DNA of 64,000 nucleotides from Minisyncoccota bacterium (GCA_041389025.1 JAWKSP010000001.1:2-64001); one strand, 5' to 3'. Counted from the stretch's first letter, positions 9,607 to 20,888 are shown. Made by a program: numbers and translations. The notes: generated from the letters alone by a model not told the origin.

Positions 9607-10580
9607 TTATTTTTTAGATTGACGAAGATATTTAATTAACTCATCATTGAGATTTTTAATACCATAACCTGTTTTTGTAGATATAACAAATACACGATTC
9701 TCAATTTTGTCAAACTTATTTTTAATACCGTCAATTAAGTCTTTATTTACAACGTCTTTTTTAGTTAAAATAATCCATTGTTCCTTATCTTTTAGCGACA
9801 TATCATAGCTACTTAACTCTTTGATTATGGTCTGGTAACGTTTAAAAACGTCTTTTTCATCTAACGCAATCAAATGAAGTAGCATTTTTGTATGAGTAAC
9901 ATGACGTAAGAAAGTGTGCCCCAAACCTTTACCTGTAGCCGCTCCTTCAATTAAACCCGGTATATCAGCTAATACAAAACCATAAAAATCTCCCAAGTGT
10001 GGTTCAGTTGTAGTGAACGGATAAGAACCGATTTTTGATTTTGAGTTTGTTAAGGTATTTAATAAAGTTGATTTACCAGCATTAGGAAAACCGACCAATC
10101 CAACATCCACAACTAAAGAGAGTTTTATTTCTAACTCCCCTTCTTCCCCTTTGTTACCTTTAGTTGACTCGATTGGGGCACGATTAGTTGATGATTTGAA
10201 GTATTCATTTCCTATCCCCCCTTTTCCACCCTTAAATATTTTTTCAGATTGATTATCTTCAGTAAACTCATATACTCTTCCTCTTTTTAAGTCGGTTACA
10301 ATAGAGCCAACTGGTACTTCTATGACTAGATCTTCACCATTTTTACCAAAACGGCTAAGTGACCCTCCACTCTCTCCGTCACTAGCAGAAAATTTTTTTA
10401 CTCCTGTATATTTAGAAAGTCGATTTACATCTCTAACTGCTGTCATTAATACACTACCACCGTTGCCACCGTTGCCACCAGCTGGACCAGCTTTGGGTTT
10501 AAATTTTTCATGACGCCACCTAACCACACCGTCACCACCATCACCGGCTTTTGCATATATCTTTATTTGGTCTACAAACA
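9607..10580 (-). CDS. obg: GTPase Obg/CgtA
   Basis: MFVDQIKIYAKAGDGGDGVVRWRHEKFKPKAGPAGGNGGNGGSV (Obg fold glycine-rich N-domain), G1 motif GLVGFPNAGKST, DIPGLIEGA. Start is taken at the internal MFVDQ; the track ORF extends to 10638. Confidence 0.9.
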
Positions 10581-10944
10581 TTCGTACAGTAATAGCACAA
10601 AAAAAAGTGATTGTACATATCCAAGCTTCGGTACTCATATATGAAGATTAGTATTCGATCTATCAATAAAAATCTTTACGTATGAATCCTACATATTAGT
10701 AACATCTTTCCTAAAATGAGGAGCCTACAACTTACTACCAAGAATCTTTTATTAGTAATTTTTAGTAAGCCATTGATTTTAATGTTAATAGATTATTATA
10801 AATAAACTACTGCTGATATTAAAATCAATAGTATCGCTAGTTGTAAATATACCAATATTACTCTACTTTGATAGTTTACTTAACATATAAATATTATAGA
10901 TATACAGTAAATCATTTACTGAGGTTAATCTGTTTGTCTTAAAA

Positions 10945-10980
10945 AGAAAAACACCTGAATTTCGTCAGGTGTTTTTCTCG
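10945..10980 (-). terminator. Rho-independent terminator-like hairpin with flanking A/T runs (bidirectional).
   Basis: aaaaacacctga-atttcg-tcaggtgttttt, 12-bp stem followed by a U-run on either strand. Lies between obg and the holin-family gene. Confidence 0.55.
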
Positions 10981-11014
10981 TTTATTAGGAATATCTATAT
11001 TTAACAACCTTAAT

Positions 11015-11350
11015 TTACTGTATATATTTATTTCCAATCGCGCTAATTACGGAAACAATAAGCGATCCTAATAGGGCATGCCAGAAAGTTTGAACTGAAA
11101 AACCGTCAATAAAAGAGGCGGCAAACCAAAATAGAAACGCATTTATAACAATCATAAATAACCCTAATGTAAGTACAGTTATAGGTAAGGTTAAAATAAA
11201 TAAAATTGGTCTTACAAATAGATTAAGTAGACCGATAGTTATCGCAGCTATAATTGCTGGGTAGAACCCGTCTACATTAATTCCTGGGATATAAGCCGCT
11301 ACTACTAGTAAGGTTAGTGCTGTTAGTAGTAACTTAGTTATAAGCTTCAT
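11015..11350 (-). CDS. Small 4-TM membrane protein, Phage_holin_4_2 (YvlD/YqfA-like) family
   Basis: 111 aa, four hydrophobic helices. GFxVDGFxxALxxAxxIGLLNxFVRP-type pattern (YIPGINVDGFYPAIIAAITIGLLNLFVRPIL). Confidence 0.55.
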   Translation of the reverse strand: MKLITKLLLTALTLLVVAAYIPGINVDGFYPAIIAAITIGLLNLFVRPILFILTLPITVLTLGLFMIVINAFLFWFAASFIDGFSVQTFWHALLGSLIVSVISAIGNKYIQ

Positions 11351-11357
11351 AAAAATT

Positions 11358-13880
11358 TTATTTTTTATCTATTATGTTCCAACCTGAACTTAATAAAGCT
11401 TCTGCTTTTTTATATTTTACTTCTTTTGTTTCTCTCCCATCAGTAATAGTCACTAGATCATTTCTACCGTATTGCTTATCACTTTTGACTGGCTGTTTGG
11501 ACCTTTGATCAATACCAGCATTATTGCCAGCTGACTTTTGAGCTGCTTCAGATTGTTTTTTCATTTCTTCTTCTTCCTTTTCCACCAAGACCGGTTGAAG
11601 TTTTGGTAATACTTCTAAAATCCTTATCAATACTGTCTGTTGCATTTCACCAAACAATCTTATTCCTTCTTTTTTATACTCAATCAATGGATCGCGTTGT
11701 CCATAAGCTCTTAGATTTACACTTGATCTGGTGTAATTCATTACTTCTAAATGTTCTACCCAAAGCATATCTATCATCTGAAGAGCTAGTCGTCTAAACA
11801 AACCCCTGAACTCCTCTTCCCCTAATTCAGTTCTTTTGTTTTCTATTATCTCTTTCGCTCCTTCAAATTGACTAATTTCACTCAACACTTCATCCACCTC
11901 TTCACGGTCACCTAAAAGCAATTTATACCTTCTTTCATAAATAACCATCCTTTGTTTGTTTAAAACATCATCATATGCCAATACTTGTTTTCTAGAATCA
12001 AAATGGAAACCTTCAATTCTAGTTTGAGCATTCTCTAGTGCATTAGAAAGCATCTTCATCTCAATCGGTTGATCTTCGGGTATTTTAAAAGTGCCCATTA
12101 GCTTTTTTACTCTATCACCACCAAAGACTCGCATTAGACTGTCGTCCATTGACACATAGAATTGAGTCTCTCCTGGATCACCCTGCCGACCAGATCGCCC
12201 CCTTAGCTGATTATCGATTCTTCTAGCCTCATGTCTCTCTGTACCTAAGACAAACAAGCCTCCTAGCTCTTTTACTTTATCTGAGTCTTCTTTGGACGCC
12301 TCCGGTCCACCAAGTTTAATATCCACTCCACGACCAGCCATGTTAGTAGCTAAAGTTACAGCACCAATTTTTCCAGCATTAGCAATTATTTCTCCTTCAC
12401 TTTCATGATTTTTGGCATTTAGCATTTGATGTTTGACTCCAGCCGTCAACAAAGCCTTGGATAGACGTTCGTTACTTTCAATCGAAGCTGTACCTATCAA
12501 AATAGGCTGTTTTTTATCATGTATTTCTTTTACTTTATTTATTATTGCAGCAAACTTTCCTTTTTCATTTTGAAAAATTAAATCAGTATGATCAATTCTA
12601 GCTACCGGTTTATTAGTCGGTACTGGTATCACTTCTAAATTATAGACCGTAAAAAACTCCTCTTGTGATGTTAGAGCGGTACCAGTCATGCCTGCCAATT
12701 TCTTGTACATACGGAAATAATTTTGGTAAGTAATAGAAGCAAAGGTCTTTGACTCACGCTGAATCGAAACCCCTTCTTTTGCTTCGATTGCTTGATGTAG
12801 ACCTTCTGACCACCGACGTCCCGGTTGTAATCTACCAGTAAATTCGTCTACTATAACCACTTCTCCATCTCTAACTACATATTCTTTGTCTTTAGTAAAA
12901 ATCGCCTTAGCCCGCACCGCGGTTTCTAAGTGGTGGACATACTTTATTCCTTTTTCAGTATAAATATTTTCTATACCTAACATCTTTTCAGCAGCCTCTA
13001 TCCCGGCATCTGTTAAGGCTATGGTTTTAAGCTTTTCATCGATTGAATAGTGTTCTTCTGGTTTTAAGCTGCGAGCAATGTTAGCAAATACTGTGTATAG
13101 ATTTTCAGAATCGTTAGCTGGAGCAGAGATAATTAGCGGAGTTCTTGCCTCATCAATTAAAATAGAGTCTATCTCATCAACAATTGCAAAATTGTGTTGT
13201 TTTTGTCTTAGGTTATCAGACTCATACTCTATATTGTCGCGCAAAAAATCGAAACCAAACTCACTATTAGTACCGTAAGTTATATCAGCAGCGTAAGCTT
13301 CTTGTCTAGTACAAGGACGAAGAAAATCATAGACTACTTTGTAAGCTCCCACCTCATCTCTTTCTTCATCTTTATCTTGATGACTAGGATCATACAAGTA
13401 AGAAGCTCCGTTATTTATTACTCCAACAGTCAAGCCTAAAATGGAATAAATTTGCCCCATCCAAACAGCGTCACGTCGAGACAAATAATCGTTAACAGTC
13501 ACTACATGTACACCTTTTTGGCTCAAGGCATTTAAATATGCTGGCAAGGTACCCACCAAGGTCTTTCCTTCACCAGTACGCATCTCAGTAATTTTACCTC
13601 TATGTAAAATTACTCCACCAATCATCTGAACGTCATAATGACGAATATTTAAGGTTCTCTTAGCAGCTTCTCTAACCAAAGCGAACGCATCTACTAAAAC
13701 ATCGTCTAAACTAGCACCAGAACCAACAACTTCCTTTAACTCTACAGTCTTAGCCTGTAATTGTTCATCTGAAAAATCCTTATAAAAATCCTCTTTTTCG
13801 TTAATAGCCGTAACGATTGGCCTGATTGACTTTAATTCCTTATCATAGGATGGGCCAAAAAATCTATCTAAAAATGACAT
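11358..13880 (-). CDS. secA: Preprotein translocase ATPase SecA
   Basis: MSFLDRFFGPSYDKELK.. N-terminus, DEAD-like motor motifs (MRTGEGKTL, VDEIDSILIDEARTPLIIS), TGRLQPGRRWSEGLHQAIEAKEGV. Start is taken at the internal MSFLDRF; the track ORF extends to 13916. Confidence 0.92.
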   Translation of the reverse strand: MSFLDRFFGPSYDKELKSIRPIVTAINEKEDFYKDFSDEQLQAKTVELKEVVGSGASLDDVLVDAFALVREAAKRTLNIRHYDVQMIGGVILHRGKITEMRTGEGKTLVGTLPAYLNALSQKGVHVVTVNDYLSRRDAVWMGQIYSILGLTVGVINNGASYLYDPSHQDKDEERDEVGAYKVVYDFLRPCTRQEAYAADITYGTNSEFGFDFLRDNIEYESDNLRQKQHNFAIVDEIDSILIDEARTPLIISAPANDSENLYTVFANIARSLKPEEHYSIDEKLKTIALTDAGIEAAEKMLGIENIYTEKGIKYVHHLETAVRAKAIFTKDKEYVVRDGEVVIVDEFTGRLQPGRRWSEGLHQAIEAKEGVSIQRESKTFASITYQNYFRMYKKLAGMTGTALTSQEEFFTVYNLEVIPVPTNKPVARIDHTDLIFQNEKGKFAAIINKVKEIHDKKQPILIGTASIESNERLSKALLTAGVKHQMLNAKNHESEGEIIANAGKIGAVTLATNMAGRGVDIKLGGPEASKEDSDKVKELGGLFVLGTERHEARRIDNQLRGRSGRQGDPGETQFYVSMDDSLMRVFGGDRVKKLMGTFKIPEDQPIEMKMLSNALENAQTRIEGFHFDSRKQVLAYDDVLNKQRMVIYERRYKLLLGDREEVDEVLSEISQFEGAKEIIENKRTELGEEEFRGLFRRLALQMIDMLWVEHLEVMNYTRSSVNLRAYGQRDPLIEYKKEGIRLFGEMQQTVLIRILEVLPKLQPVLVEKEEEEMKKQSEAAQKSAGNNAGIDQRSKQPVKSDKQYGRNDLVTITDGRETKEVKYKKAEALLSSGWNIIDKK

Positions 13881-13909
13881 GAAGCCTAGTATATACGCTA
13901 TTTGGTTTA

Positions 13910-13953
13910 ATTTCAAAAAAAAGAATAACCGTCACATGAAGTGACGGTTATTC
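13910..13953 (-). terminator. Terminator hairpin downstream of the histone-like gene.
   Basis: gaataaccgtcac-atgaa-gtgacggttattc, 13-bp stem, followed on the minus strand by an 8-nt U-run. Confidence 0.5.
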
Positions 13954-13994
13954 TATAAGCTTTACCGGTAAATGGTACGTACCATTTATCAGAG

Positions 13995-14192
13995 TTACTT
14001 TTTTTTGGTAGTGCGTTTTTTAGCAGTAGACTTTTTAGCTGTCTTCTTTACAGCTTTTTTCTTTGTTGTCTTCTTAGCTGTTTTTCGAGCTACCTTCTTT
14101 ACAGCCTTCTTCTTTGGAGCCGCTTTTTTAGTAGTCTTTCGAACCACTTTCTTTGCGGTCTTCTTAGCTGCTGGTTTTTTCTTTGTTGGCAT
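13995..14192 (-). CDS. Small lysine/alanine-rich basic protein (histone H1-like / Hc1- or AlgP-tail-like nucleoid protein).
   Basis: 65 aa, MPTKKKPAAKKTAKKVVRKTTKKAAPKKKAVKK... with KKxAxKK repeats. Composition only. Confidence 0.5.
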   Translation of the reverse strand: MPTKKKPAAKKTAKKVVRKTTKKAAPKKKAVKKVARKTAKKTTKKKAVKKTAKKSTAKKRTTKKK

Positions 14193-14413
14193 TTTTATTT
14201 GCGAGAAATTTTAGTGAATAATATTCGACCGCAAGACCTTCTCTTTTCAAAGAACTATCAGGTGAGAAAGTTTTTGCTTAACACTATTATTGCTTGTAAT
14301 TTTTTTTAATACAATAATTTTTGTAAAAAGAATTTGTGGATAAAAAAATTACTGAAAAAATTTTTGTAAAAATTTTTTCAGTAATTTTTTTTATTTATTT
14401 TATTTTTACTAAA

Positions 14414-15439
14414 TTATTTTAAGTAAAAAACTTCTGGAGTAATTTTTATTTTTGTTTTTTCATAAACTATCTTAATTATTTCATCAGCAAATCTTTTTAT
14501 TTCTTTTGAATTTTTTTCTTTATAATTAACCAAAACCAAAGCTTGTTCACTATAAAGTCCAACATTACCATCTTTACAGCCTTTTAAATTACATATTTTA
14601 TCTAAAATGTAACCTAGCGATAATTTAAATTTACCATTAATCATTTTGTAATTAGGCAAGCCTGGATACATTTCAATCAAACTATCTACAGTCTCTTTAC
14701 TAACAATTGGGTTTTTAAAAAAAGAACCGGCGGTCCCAACCTTTTTCCAATTAGGAAATTTATTTTCTCTTATCTTAATAACGGCTTCTCTAATATCTTT
14801 TTGATCGACTACAACATTATTAAATTTATTTTTTAAATCTCTATACTCTAATTTAGGAGTTGGATTTTTATTAAGTAAAAATGACACACTTAAGATAATA
14901 TAATTCTTACCTTTTTCAGTCTTAAAAAAAGAATCCCTGTAACCGAAGTCACAATCTTTGTTAGTGAAGGTTTCTGTCTGACCAGTAAGCATATTGAAAC
15001 ATGTAACTTCTTTTATTAAATCCTTAACCTCTACTCCATAAGCCCCAACGTTCTGTACTGGTGTAGCCCCTACCGTACCTGGTATGGCAGACAAATTCTC
15101 CAAACCCCAATACCCTTTTCTTACTGTATCAGCAATAACCTCATCCAAAACCTCTCCAGACTTGCAAACTAGTAACACTTTATCATTTTCAATATCTTTG
15201 TACTGAAAACCTTTTATATTATTATGTATCGCCAAACCTTCGTATCCACTATCATCAGCCAGAATATTTGATCCACCACCAAACACAAACCAAGATAAGG
15301 CGGTTTGCGAAGCAAACCGCCTTATCTTCTCCAAATCCTCAACTTCACTAATCATAGCAAAATACTTTGCTTCACCACCGACTTTAAGAGTTGTATATTT
15401 ATAAAGGAGAACTTTTTCCTTAATAAAGCTATCATTCAT
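14414..15439 (-). CDS. murB: UDP-N-acetylenolpyruvoylglucosamine reductase MurB
   Basis: YTTLKVGGEAKYFAMISEVEDL...FGGGSNIL FAD-binding N-domain, ~340 aa. Confidence 0.85.
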   Translation of the reverse strand: MNDSFIKEKVLLYKYTTLKVGGEAKYFAMISEVEDLEKIRRFASQTALSWFVFGGGSNILADDSGYEGLAIHNNIKGFQYKDIENDKVLLVCKSGEVLDEVIADTVRKGYWGLENLSAIPGTVGATPVQNVGAYGVEVKDLIKEVTCFNMLTGQTETFTNKDCDFGYRDSFFKTEKGKNYIILSVSFLLNKNPTPKLEYRDLKNKFNNVVVDQKDIREAVIKIRENKFPNWKKVGTAGSFFKNPIVSKETVDSLIEMYPGLPNYKMINGKFKLSLGYILDKICNLKGCKDGNVGLYSEQALVLVNYKEKNSKEIKRFADEIIKIVYEKTKIKITPEVFYLK

Positions 15440-15441
15440 GA

Positions 15442-17694
15442 CTATTCTTCTTTATTAGGTACACAACCGATTTGTGGATCATTACCAGCCTCAATATTAC
15501 CAATAAAACAATTAGCGGTTTTAGCAAAAGTTGGCTTAGCTTCAATACTACCTCGTAAAGTTTCAACTGCTTTCTCTAACTCGCCATTTTGATAATATAA
15601 GAAAGAAAGCGATACCCAATTCTGTTCATTCTCTGGATCGTTTTTGGTTCTAGCTTCATAAGCTCTAACCAAGAAATCACTATCTCCAGCTTTGTTTGCA
15701 GCGCTTAATAAGAAATCATTACCGGCTAGATTTTGTACATAAGAATCTTCTTTCAACAATTCTTTAGCCTCTTCGTTCTTGTTTTGCATATAAAGAACGG
15801 CAGCATAAAAACCTCTAGCTTCAGTATTCCTGTGATCCAACTCAAAAGCTTCTTTAAAATATTCTTCAGCCTGCTCAACATTACCTTGACTATAAGCAAT
15901 AATGGCTTGTTGAGATATGATTGATTGTTTATTTGGTGACAATTCCCTAGCCGTCTCCATTTGCTCCTTAGCCTTAGATAAGTCACCAACAGCTCGATAG
16001 AAACTTGAGAAGAAAACATGTATGCGAGCATCACCAGGCTTCCACTCTACCAACCGCTTCAATTCTTCCTCTGCAGTCTTTATATAATCCTGTCTAATTT
16101 CTTCAGGAACGTTCGTATTAGATGCTATATTCATAGCCTGTTGAGCCAACTGTTCAGTTATCTCTTGGTAAGCAAATGAATCACGGCTAAGTGCCCTCTT
16201 AAAAGCTTCTAACCTAATTTCTGGATCATTAGAACCATAACCATCAATGATGTCTGACGCAGCATTCATACCAGGAAGATGTAAAGTATAAACAAGAACA
16301 ATAGCAAGTACCAAAGCCACTGGTGCTGCAAATTGATTAATTAAACTTTTCTCAACCTTAACATTTTCAATAGTTTCCACAGGCTTAGCCACCCGACTGT
16401 GTATCAAGGCTAAAATAACTGCAAAGAAAATGTAACTGATAATATTATCGAATACCACCAGATTGTGAGTAAAATATCCAGCTAAAATACCGACCAACAC
16501 AGCTCTTTCCAATACAGTAAATGACTCGTCTTCTTTATTGCGTAAAGGAACTACTACTAGATAATATAAACAAGTTGCAAACACACTCATGTAAGCAATG
16601 AAACCAAGAATACCACCAGTTGTAAGCCAGTCCATTACTATGTTGTGTGAACGATCAAACCATTGCTCTTGATCAAATAAGAAAGGATCGTACTGCTCGT
16701 TAAATATATAATTGAAATTGCTCTGACCCCAGCCAAGAATCGGACGTTCCTTCACCCCTTCAAAGGCCATACCCCAAATAGTCATACGGACCTTTAAGTC
16801 TTCGGCTAAGTTAATATTAGCAATTCGAGATAAGTTAGGATTGTCTTGTATAAAAGCCGAGTCTTTACCTAAAACAAAACCCCCCACCCCAATTGCTAAT
16901 AAAATAAAGAAACCAACCGCTACTTTTCTTAACTCTTTATACCGAGCTCCAAAAATAGCTATATAAGCAACCATAATAGTAATACCGACCCCTAAACCTA
17001 AAGTTGTACCTCTTGTACCAGTCTCAACTAAAGTAAAAATAAACATTAGAGTTAAAAGTCCATATATCACACGGTATAAATTCACCTTACTTTCAACCAA
17101 CATCCAAAGGGCAATAAAGATATGAAAGAACATGTAAATAGCCAAATAAGCAGCGTTACCCAAGTAACTTTCAATACGATTCTTGCCAAAATTAACATCA
17201 CCCAATTGAGCAAGACCATTTAAGGCTACGATAAAAGCTACTACTAAAGTAGTGTGTAAAAAATAACTCCAGAGTTTTTTGGTAGTAAGCACACTACCCA
17301 GCACCAAAACATAAAGAAAGACGTGAACAAGCGTGATATATCCATCCATCCGTTCAAAATTACTCCAAAAACTAGATGGTGGATGTTGTCCAAATAAATT
17401 AGCAAAAAACATTACGACCAAGAGTGAAATTAAACTCAACAGTACCCACGAAAATTTTGGACGATATCTAACTTCAGACAAAGCCAAAACTACCCACGCC
17501 AAAAACGACATTTCAACTAAAATGCGAAAAGCAAAATTTTTACCGGTAATATAAGGAAAGAAATAATCATTAGCGACATAAAGCGTCAAAAAAGGTACAG
17601 CAAAAAGACCGCCGTACACCACTACTTTTAAAAAACTATTCATATGGCAGTCAATATAACATATTTCAAAATTAGTACCCCTATAGACAAACAA
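15442..17694 (-). CDS. O-antigen ligase (Wzy_C) family polytopic membrane protein with C-terminal TPR-repeat domain. Candidate O-antigen ligase, polymerase or O-oligosaccharyltransferase.
   Basis: ~12 TM helices in the first ~470 aa, followed by a ~270-aa soluble helical-repeat (TPR-like) region. Alternative start MNSFLK at 17643. Confidence 0.65.
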   Translation of the reverse strand: MFVYRGTNFEICYIDCHMNSFLKVVVYGGLFAVPFLTLYVANDYFFPYITGKNFAFRILVEMSFLAWVVLALSEVRYRPKFSWVLLSLISLLVVMFFANLFGQHPPSSFWSNFERMDGYITLVHVFLYVLVLGSVLTTKKLWSYFLHTTLVVAFIVALNGLAQLGDVNFGKNRIESYLGNAAYLAIYMFFHIFIALWMLVESKVNLYRVIYGLLTLMFIFTLVETGTRGTTLGLGVGITIMVAYIAIFGARYKELRKVAVGFFILLAIGVGGFVLGKDSAFIQDNPNLSRIANINLAEDLKVRMTIWGMAFEGVKERPILGWGQSNFNYIFNEQYDPFLFDQEQWFDRSHNIVMDWLTTGGILGFIAYMSVFATCLYYLVVVPLRNKEDESFTVLERAVLVGILAGYFTHNLVVFDNIISYIFFAVILALIHSRVAKPVETIENVKVEKSLINQFAAPVALVLAIVLVYTLHLPGMNAASDIIDGYGSNDPEIRLEAFKRALSRDSFAYQEITEQLAQQAMNIASNTNVPEEIRQDYIKTAEEELKRLVEWKPGDARIHVFFSSFYRAVGDLSKAKEQMETARELSPNKQSIISQQAIIAYSQGNVEQAEEYFKEAFELDHRNTEARGFYAAVLYMQNKNEEAKELLKEDSYVQNLAGNDFLLSAANKAGDSDFLVRAYEARTKNDPENEQNWVSLSFLYYQNGELEKAVETLRGSIEAKPTFAKTANCFIGNIEAGNDPQIGCVPNKEE

Positions 17695-17786
17695 AAAGTA
17701 GCAAGGTACAAAGTTGAAAAAATCGCTTAAATAAGAAACCTTTCACTTAAAAGACCTGTTATACTCATATACACAAATTTGCACAC

Positions 17787-19034
17787 ATGAAAAATCACAT
17801 TGTTGGATGGTTAAGACAAACTGAAAAATATACCCGAACCGATATGGTGTACTTGGTCGGTCAAAGTGGCTGGCTTATTGTAGGCCAAGCTGTGGCATTA
17901 ATCAGTTCCCTTACACTAGCTTGGGTATTTGCTAATTTTGTTGAACCTAGTGACTACGGTATATATAGATATGTATTAACATTAGCAATCATTGCCTCTG
18001 TTACTGCACTTACTGGTTTTGGAGTTGCTATAGCTAGAACGGTATCACAAAATTACGAGGTAAATTTAAACAAAATTATGAAAATCAAAATCAAATTTGG
18101 TTTTCTCGGTACAGTAGCTTTTCTCGGTATATCTTTATATTACCTTTGGCAAGAGAATACCATGCTAGCCACTATTTTTGCCACTATAGCTATCTGGATT
18201 CCATTCTATGAATCTCTATCGGATTACCAGTTTGTGTTACAAGGAAAAAAAGACTTCAAACTACAAACCGTCATTCGAACCTTACAGAGAACTTTTGTTA
18301 CCGTTATTGTAATTTTAACTATTTTTATAACAAAAAATATTATTGTAGTTACTTTTACTTATTTTCTAGCCACTACCTTGTCACAATATTTATCTAATCG
18401 TTATACACAAAAAAAATATTTCACCGGAAACGATACAAAAACTCCATACAAAACCATGACTACTTACGCTAAACATTTATCAGTACAAAATATATTTTTC
18501 ATAGGAGTTACACAACTTGATAAAGTTCTTTTGTTTAAATTTCTTGGACCAACTAAATTAGCTATCTATCTATTTGCTATCTCTATCCCAAACGAAATAC
18601 AAGGTATTCTAGGCAACATAAATTCAGTCGCTTTTCCAAAATTAGTAGATCGTGATAGTCGACACTTCAAGATCGCTCTTCTTAAAAAAATCGGAGTTTT
18701 TACTCTAATTCTTCTAATCCCAGTTGCTTTGTATTGGTTAGCTGCTCCTTATATATTTAAATTACTGTTCCCAGTTTATGTAGATTCGATACTTATATCA
18801 CAATTATTCGTCGGCACTATCCTCTTTATTCCGATTAGTTTAATTTGGCATTATTTCTATGCCGTAGAAGATAAGAAAGTTTTATGGTTTGGAACATTCG
18901 TTGGTCCCTTGACTCTTATTTTTAGTATTATCATTCTTGTCCCTATACTAGATTTAGTTGGAGCAGTTCTAGCCGTATACATAAGAGGTTTTGTAGACTT
19001 ACTCTTTGGACTGTATTTCTTTTTGAGAAAATGA
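17787..19034 (+). CDS. Polysaccharide/oligosaccharide flippase (Wzx/MOP superfamily-like), 12-14 TM
   Basis: 415 aa, highly hydrophobic, flippase-like architecture. Divergently transcribed from the Wzy_C-TPR gene. Confidence 0.65.
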   Translation: MKNHIVGWLRQTEKYTRTDMVYLVGQSGWLIVGQAVALISSLTLAWVFANFVEPSDYGIYRYVLTLAIIASVTALTGFGVAIARTVSQNYEVNLNKIMKIKIKFGFLGTVAFLGISLYYLWQENTMLATIFATIAIWIPFYESLSDYQFVLQGKKDFKLQTVIRTLQRTFVTVIVILTIFITKNIIVVTFTYFLATTLSQYLSNRYTQKKYFTGNDTKTPYKTMTTYAKHLSVQNIFFIGVTQLDKVLLFKFLGPTKLAIYLFAISIPNEIQGILGNINSVAFPKLVDRDSRHFKIALLKKIGVFTLILLIPVALYWLAAPYIFKLLFPVYVDSILISQLFVGTILFIPISLIWHYFYAVEDKKVLWFGTFVGPLTLIFSIIILVPILDLVGAVLAVYIRGFVDLLFGLYFFLRK

Positions 19035-19096
19035 AAAGCGGCAAAACATTATAGTCATACCGCTTTTAAAGGCTATTTATTAATAGCCGAATAAAA

Positions 19097-19894
19097 CTAA
19101 TTATTAATAAAGAACTCGTGCTCGGCCAGCCACAAGCAATAATCTCGAACTTCTTCCAGTGAGGCCACATCATCTGTGTAGGCTAAAACTTTTGCAAACT
19201 CACTGGTATGAAAATCTACCTGACTAATTAAACAATCCTTAGAAGAATCTTGGCATGAAATCATCATCAATTCTTTAAACGGACTTATGGCGTGCGGCAC
19301 AGGTATAATTGGAATCTTAACACCTCGCTTGATAAATGCTTTCAGTTGCGTACAAAACGCTCGTGGAAACAGATGTCCAGGAGCTGCCATCAAAGCAATT
19401 GCTTCAATATTATGCTCGACTACCATATCAGTGACCCATTTGGCCTGCTCACCAGTGTGTCTTGCGTGTACTTGAGTGAAAAACTGTGTAGCACCACTCA
19501 AGTCAGCTGCCGCTATAGCATTACCAATCTTATCGACTGAATAATAAGCTCGTGTTCGACCCTTATACCCACCATCAGAACCAGAGTAGGCCAAATGATG
19601 ACCAGCCACCAAGAAATGTGGACTCTCCAACTCATACACAAGATCTATCGCGTCAGATAAGGGATCTTCCGGAATAATTCCCGGATACAAAACTGTAGAT
19701 ATACAACCTTGCGGCGCCGGTCTGTATAAAGAAGCGAGTCCAGACACTGCCATGGTAAGCTTCTGTAAATAATCAATTTCTCGACCAATCTGATCAGCAA
19801 CCGTCTGGTCACCAATCAGTTTTGTAAACTTACCATCAGGACCAAAAATACTGTCTTTGTAAGGTACAACAACATAAGGTTTTTCTGCTGCCAT
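19097..19894 (-). CDS. Hypothetical protein of probable foreign origin. Weak, speculative resemblance of an AGHHLAYSG segment to MEMO/LigB-type PHAGY-YSG motifs.
   Basis: Local GC ~48% versus ~30% for its surroundings. Strong SD taggagggaactta-ATG, which native genes in this window lack. No confident family assignment. Confidence 0.5.
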   Translation of the reverse strand: MAAEKPYVVVPYKDSIFGPDGKFTKLIGDQTVADQIGREIDYLQKLTMAVSGLASLYRPAPQGCISTVLYPGIIPEDPLSDAIDLVYELESPHFLVAGHHLAYSGSDGGYKGRTRAYYSVDKIGNAIAAADLSGATQFFTQVHARHTGEQAKWVTDMVVEHNIEAIALMAAPGHLFPRAFCTQLKAFIKRGVKIPIIPVPHAISPFKELMMISCQDSSKDCLISQVDFHTSEFAKVLAYTDDVASLEEVRDYCLWLAEHEFFINN

Positions 19895-19991
19895 TTAAGT
19901 TCCCTCCTATACATAAATTAATTTAAATGCAGGTTAAAAAATATTGCCCCATGAAAATACCACTTAAGTACCTGTTAGTCAATATTTTCGT

Positions 19992-20888
19992 CCCTGAATC
20001 CATAAACTCAAATAATCTTATTCAAAGCCATGATCTGATAACTCAGTAACACTCGTACATAATGAAGAGCATACCCTGATACAGAACGAGGAAAAGAAGT
20101 AACCAAGTGTAGATGCTCTTTAAGGTAATCAAACACACATTCAACTTTGGAACGTAGGTTAAGTAACCGTAGCTGCTGTGAGGTAGCGATTTTTTTCTTT
20201 TGACTTGGCCACGGTGGAGCGATAATGGCGGTACCATAATTTTCATAAACAATCCTGCTACGACACAATGTTCATTTAAAATATCAGTCATGACCTGAGC
20301 ATCGTGGATGTTAGCTAGTGTGAAAGCCATTCCACACAGTCTACCATCCAAAGCAACACTGGCATGAAGTTTAAATCCATAGTGCCAACCTTGCCAATTC
20401 TTGCCAAAATCAGCTATATTCTTAGCCACTTTATACCTATCTACTCGATGGTTCTTGCAGACCGGTAACATAGTGGAGTCTATTAGTCTGATAGCTTCGG
20501 TGGTACCAAGTAGTTGGTTTAACAGGTAATACATTTGTGGTAATGCCTTATGGCAGTGATTAACAAAGGCTGAGTATTTGGGTAATTTAAAGTCATTGTT
20601 GTGATAAACCAGAATAGTGTCATGAATATCCTTCAGGGTTTTTTGTTTAAGAACAATAGTGTTCCAAATCAATATGGTTATCACTTCAGATTCGGATAAC
20701 AAAGCCGGTCTACCGGTAACATAGGGCTTGGTATCAATCTGTTGGTCTACCCAATAATATAAATCTACTATATGATGTGAATACAAAAAGAGCATAGTAC
20801 GTTATTTATGTTGGTATATAGATATCGTACGTGCTCTTTTTGTGTTTTAAGGGTTTAATTGGGGATACTTGAGTTTATGGATTCAGGG
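19992..20888 (-). mobile_element. IS982-family insertion sequence (~0.9 kb) with 20-bp terminal inverted repeats and a 6-bp target-site duplication.
   Basis: Left IR CCCTGAATCCATAAACTCAA (19992-20011) and right IR TTGAGTTTATGGATTCAGGG (20869-20888) are perfect reverse complements. A flanking direct repeat TTTCGT lies at 19986-19991 and 20889-20894. The internal ORF has IS982 transposase motifs. Confidence 0.75.
20008..20795 (-). pseudogene. IS982-family DDE transposase, frameshifted. The 250-aa and 86-aa ORF-track entries are two frames of one gene.
   Basis: N-terminal frame has IDSTMLPVCKNHRVDRYKVAKNIADFGKNWQGWHYGFKLHASVALDGRL. C-terminal frame has VECVFDYLKEHLHLVTSFPRSVSGYALHYVRVLLSYQI. 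The frames overlap near a T7 homopolymer at about 20200-20210. Confidence 0.7.

Noticed and set aside
14351-14390. 16-bp AT-only inverted repeat tactgaaaaaattttt / aaaaattttttcagta downstream of murB.
   Set aside because: The purely A/T stem is thermodynamically weak and could arise by chance in AT-rich intergenic DNA. Possibly a weak terminator, not listed as a feature.
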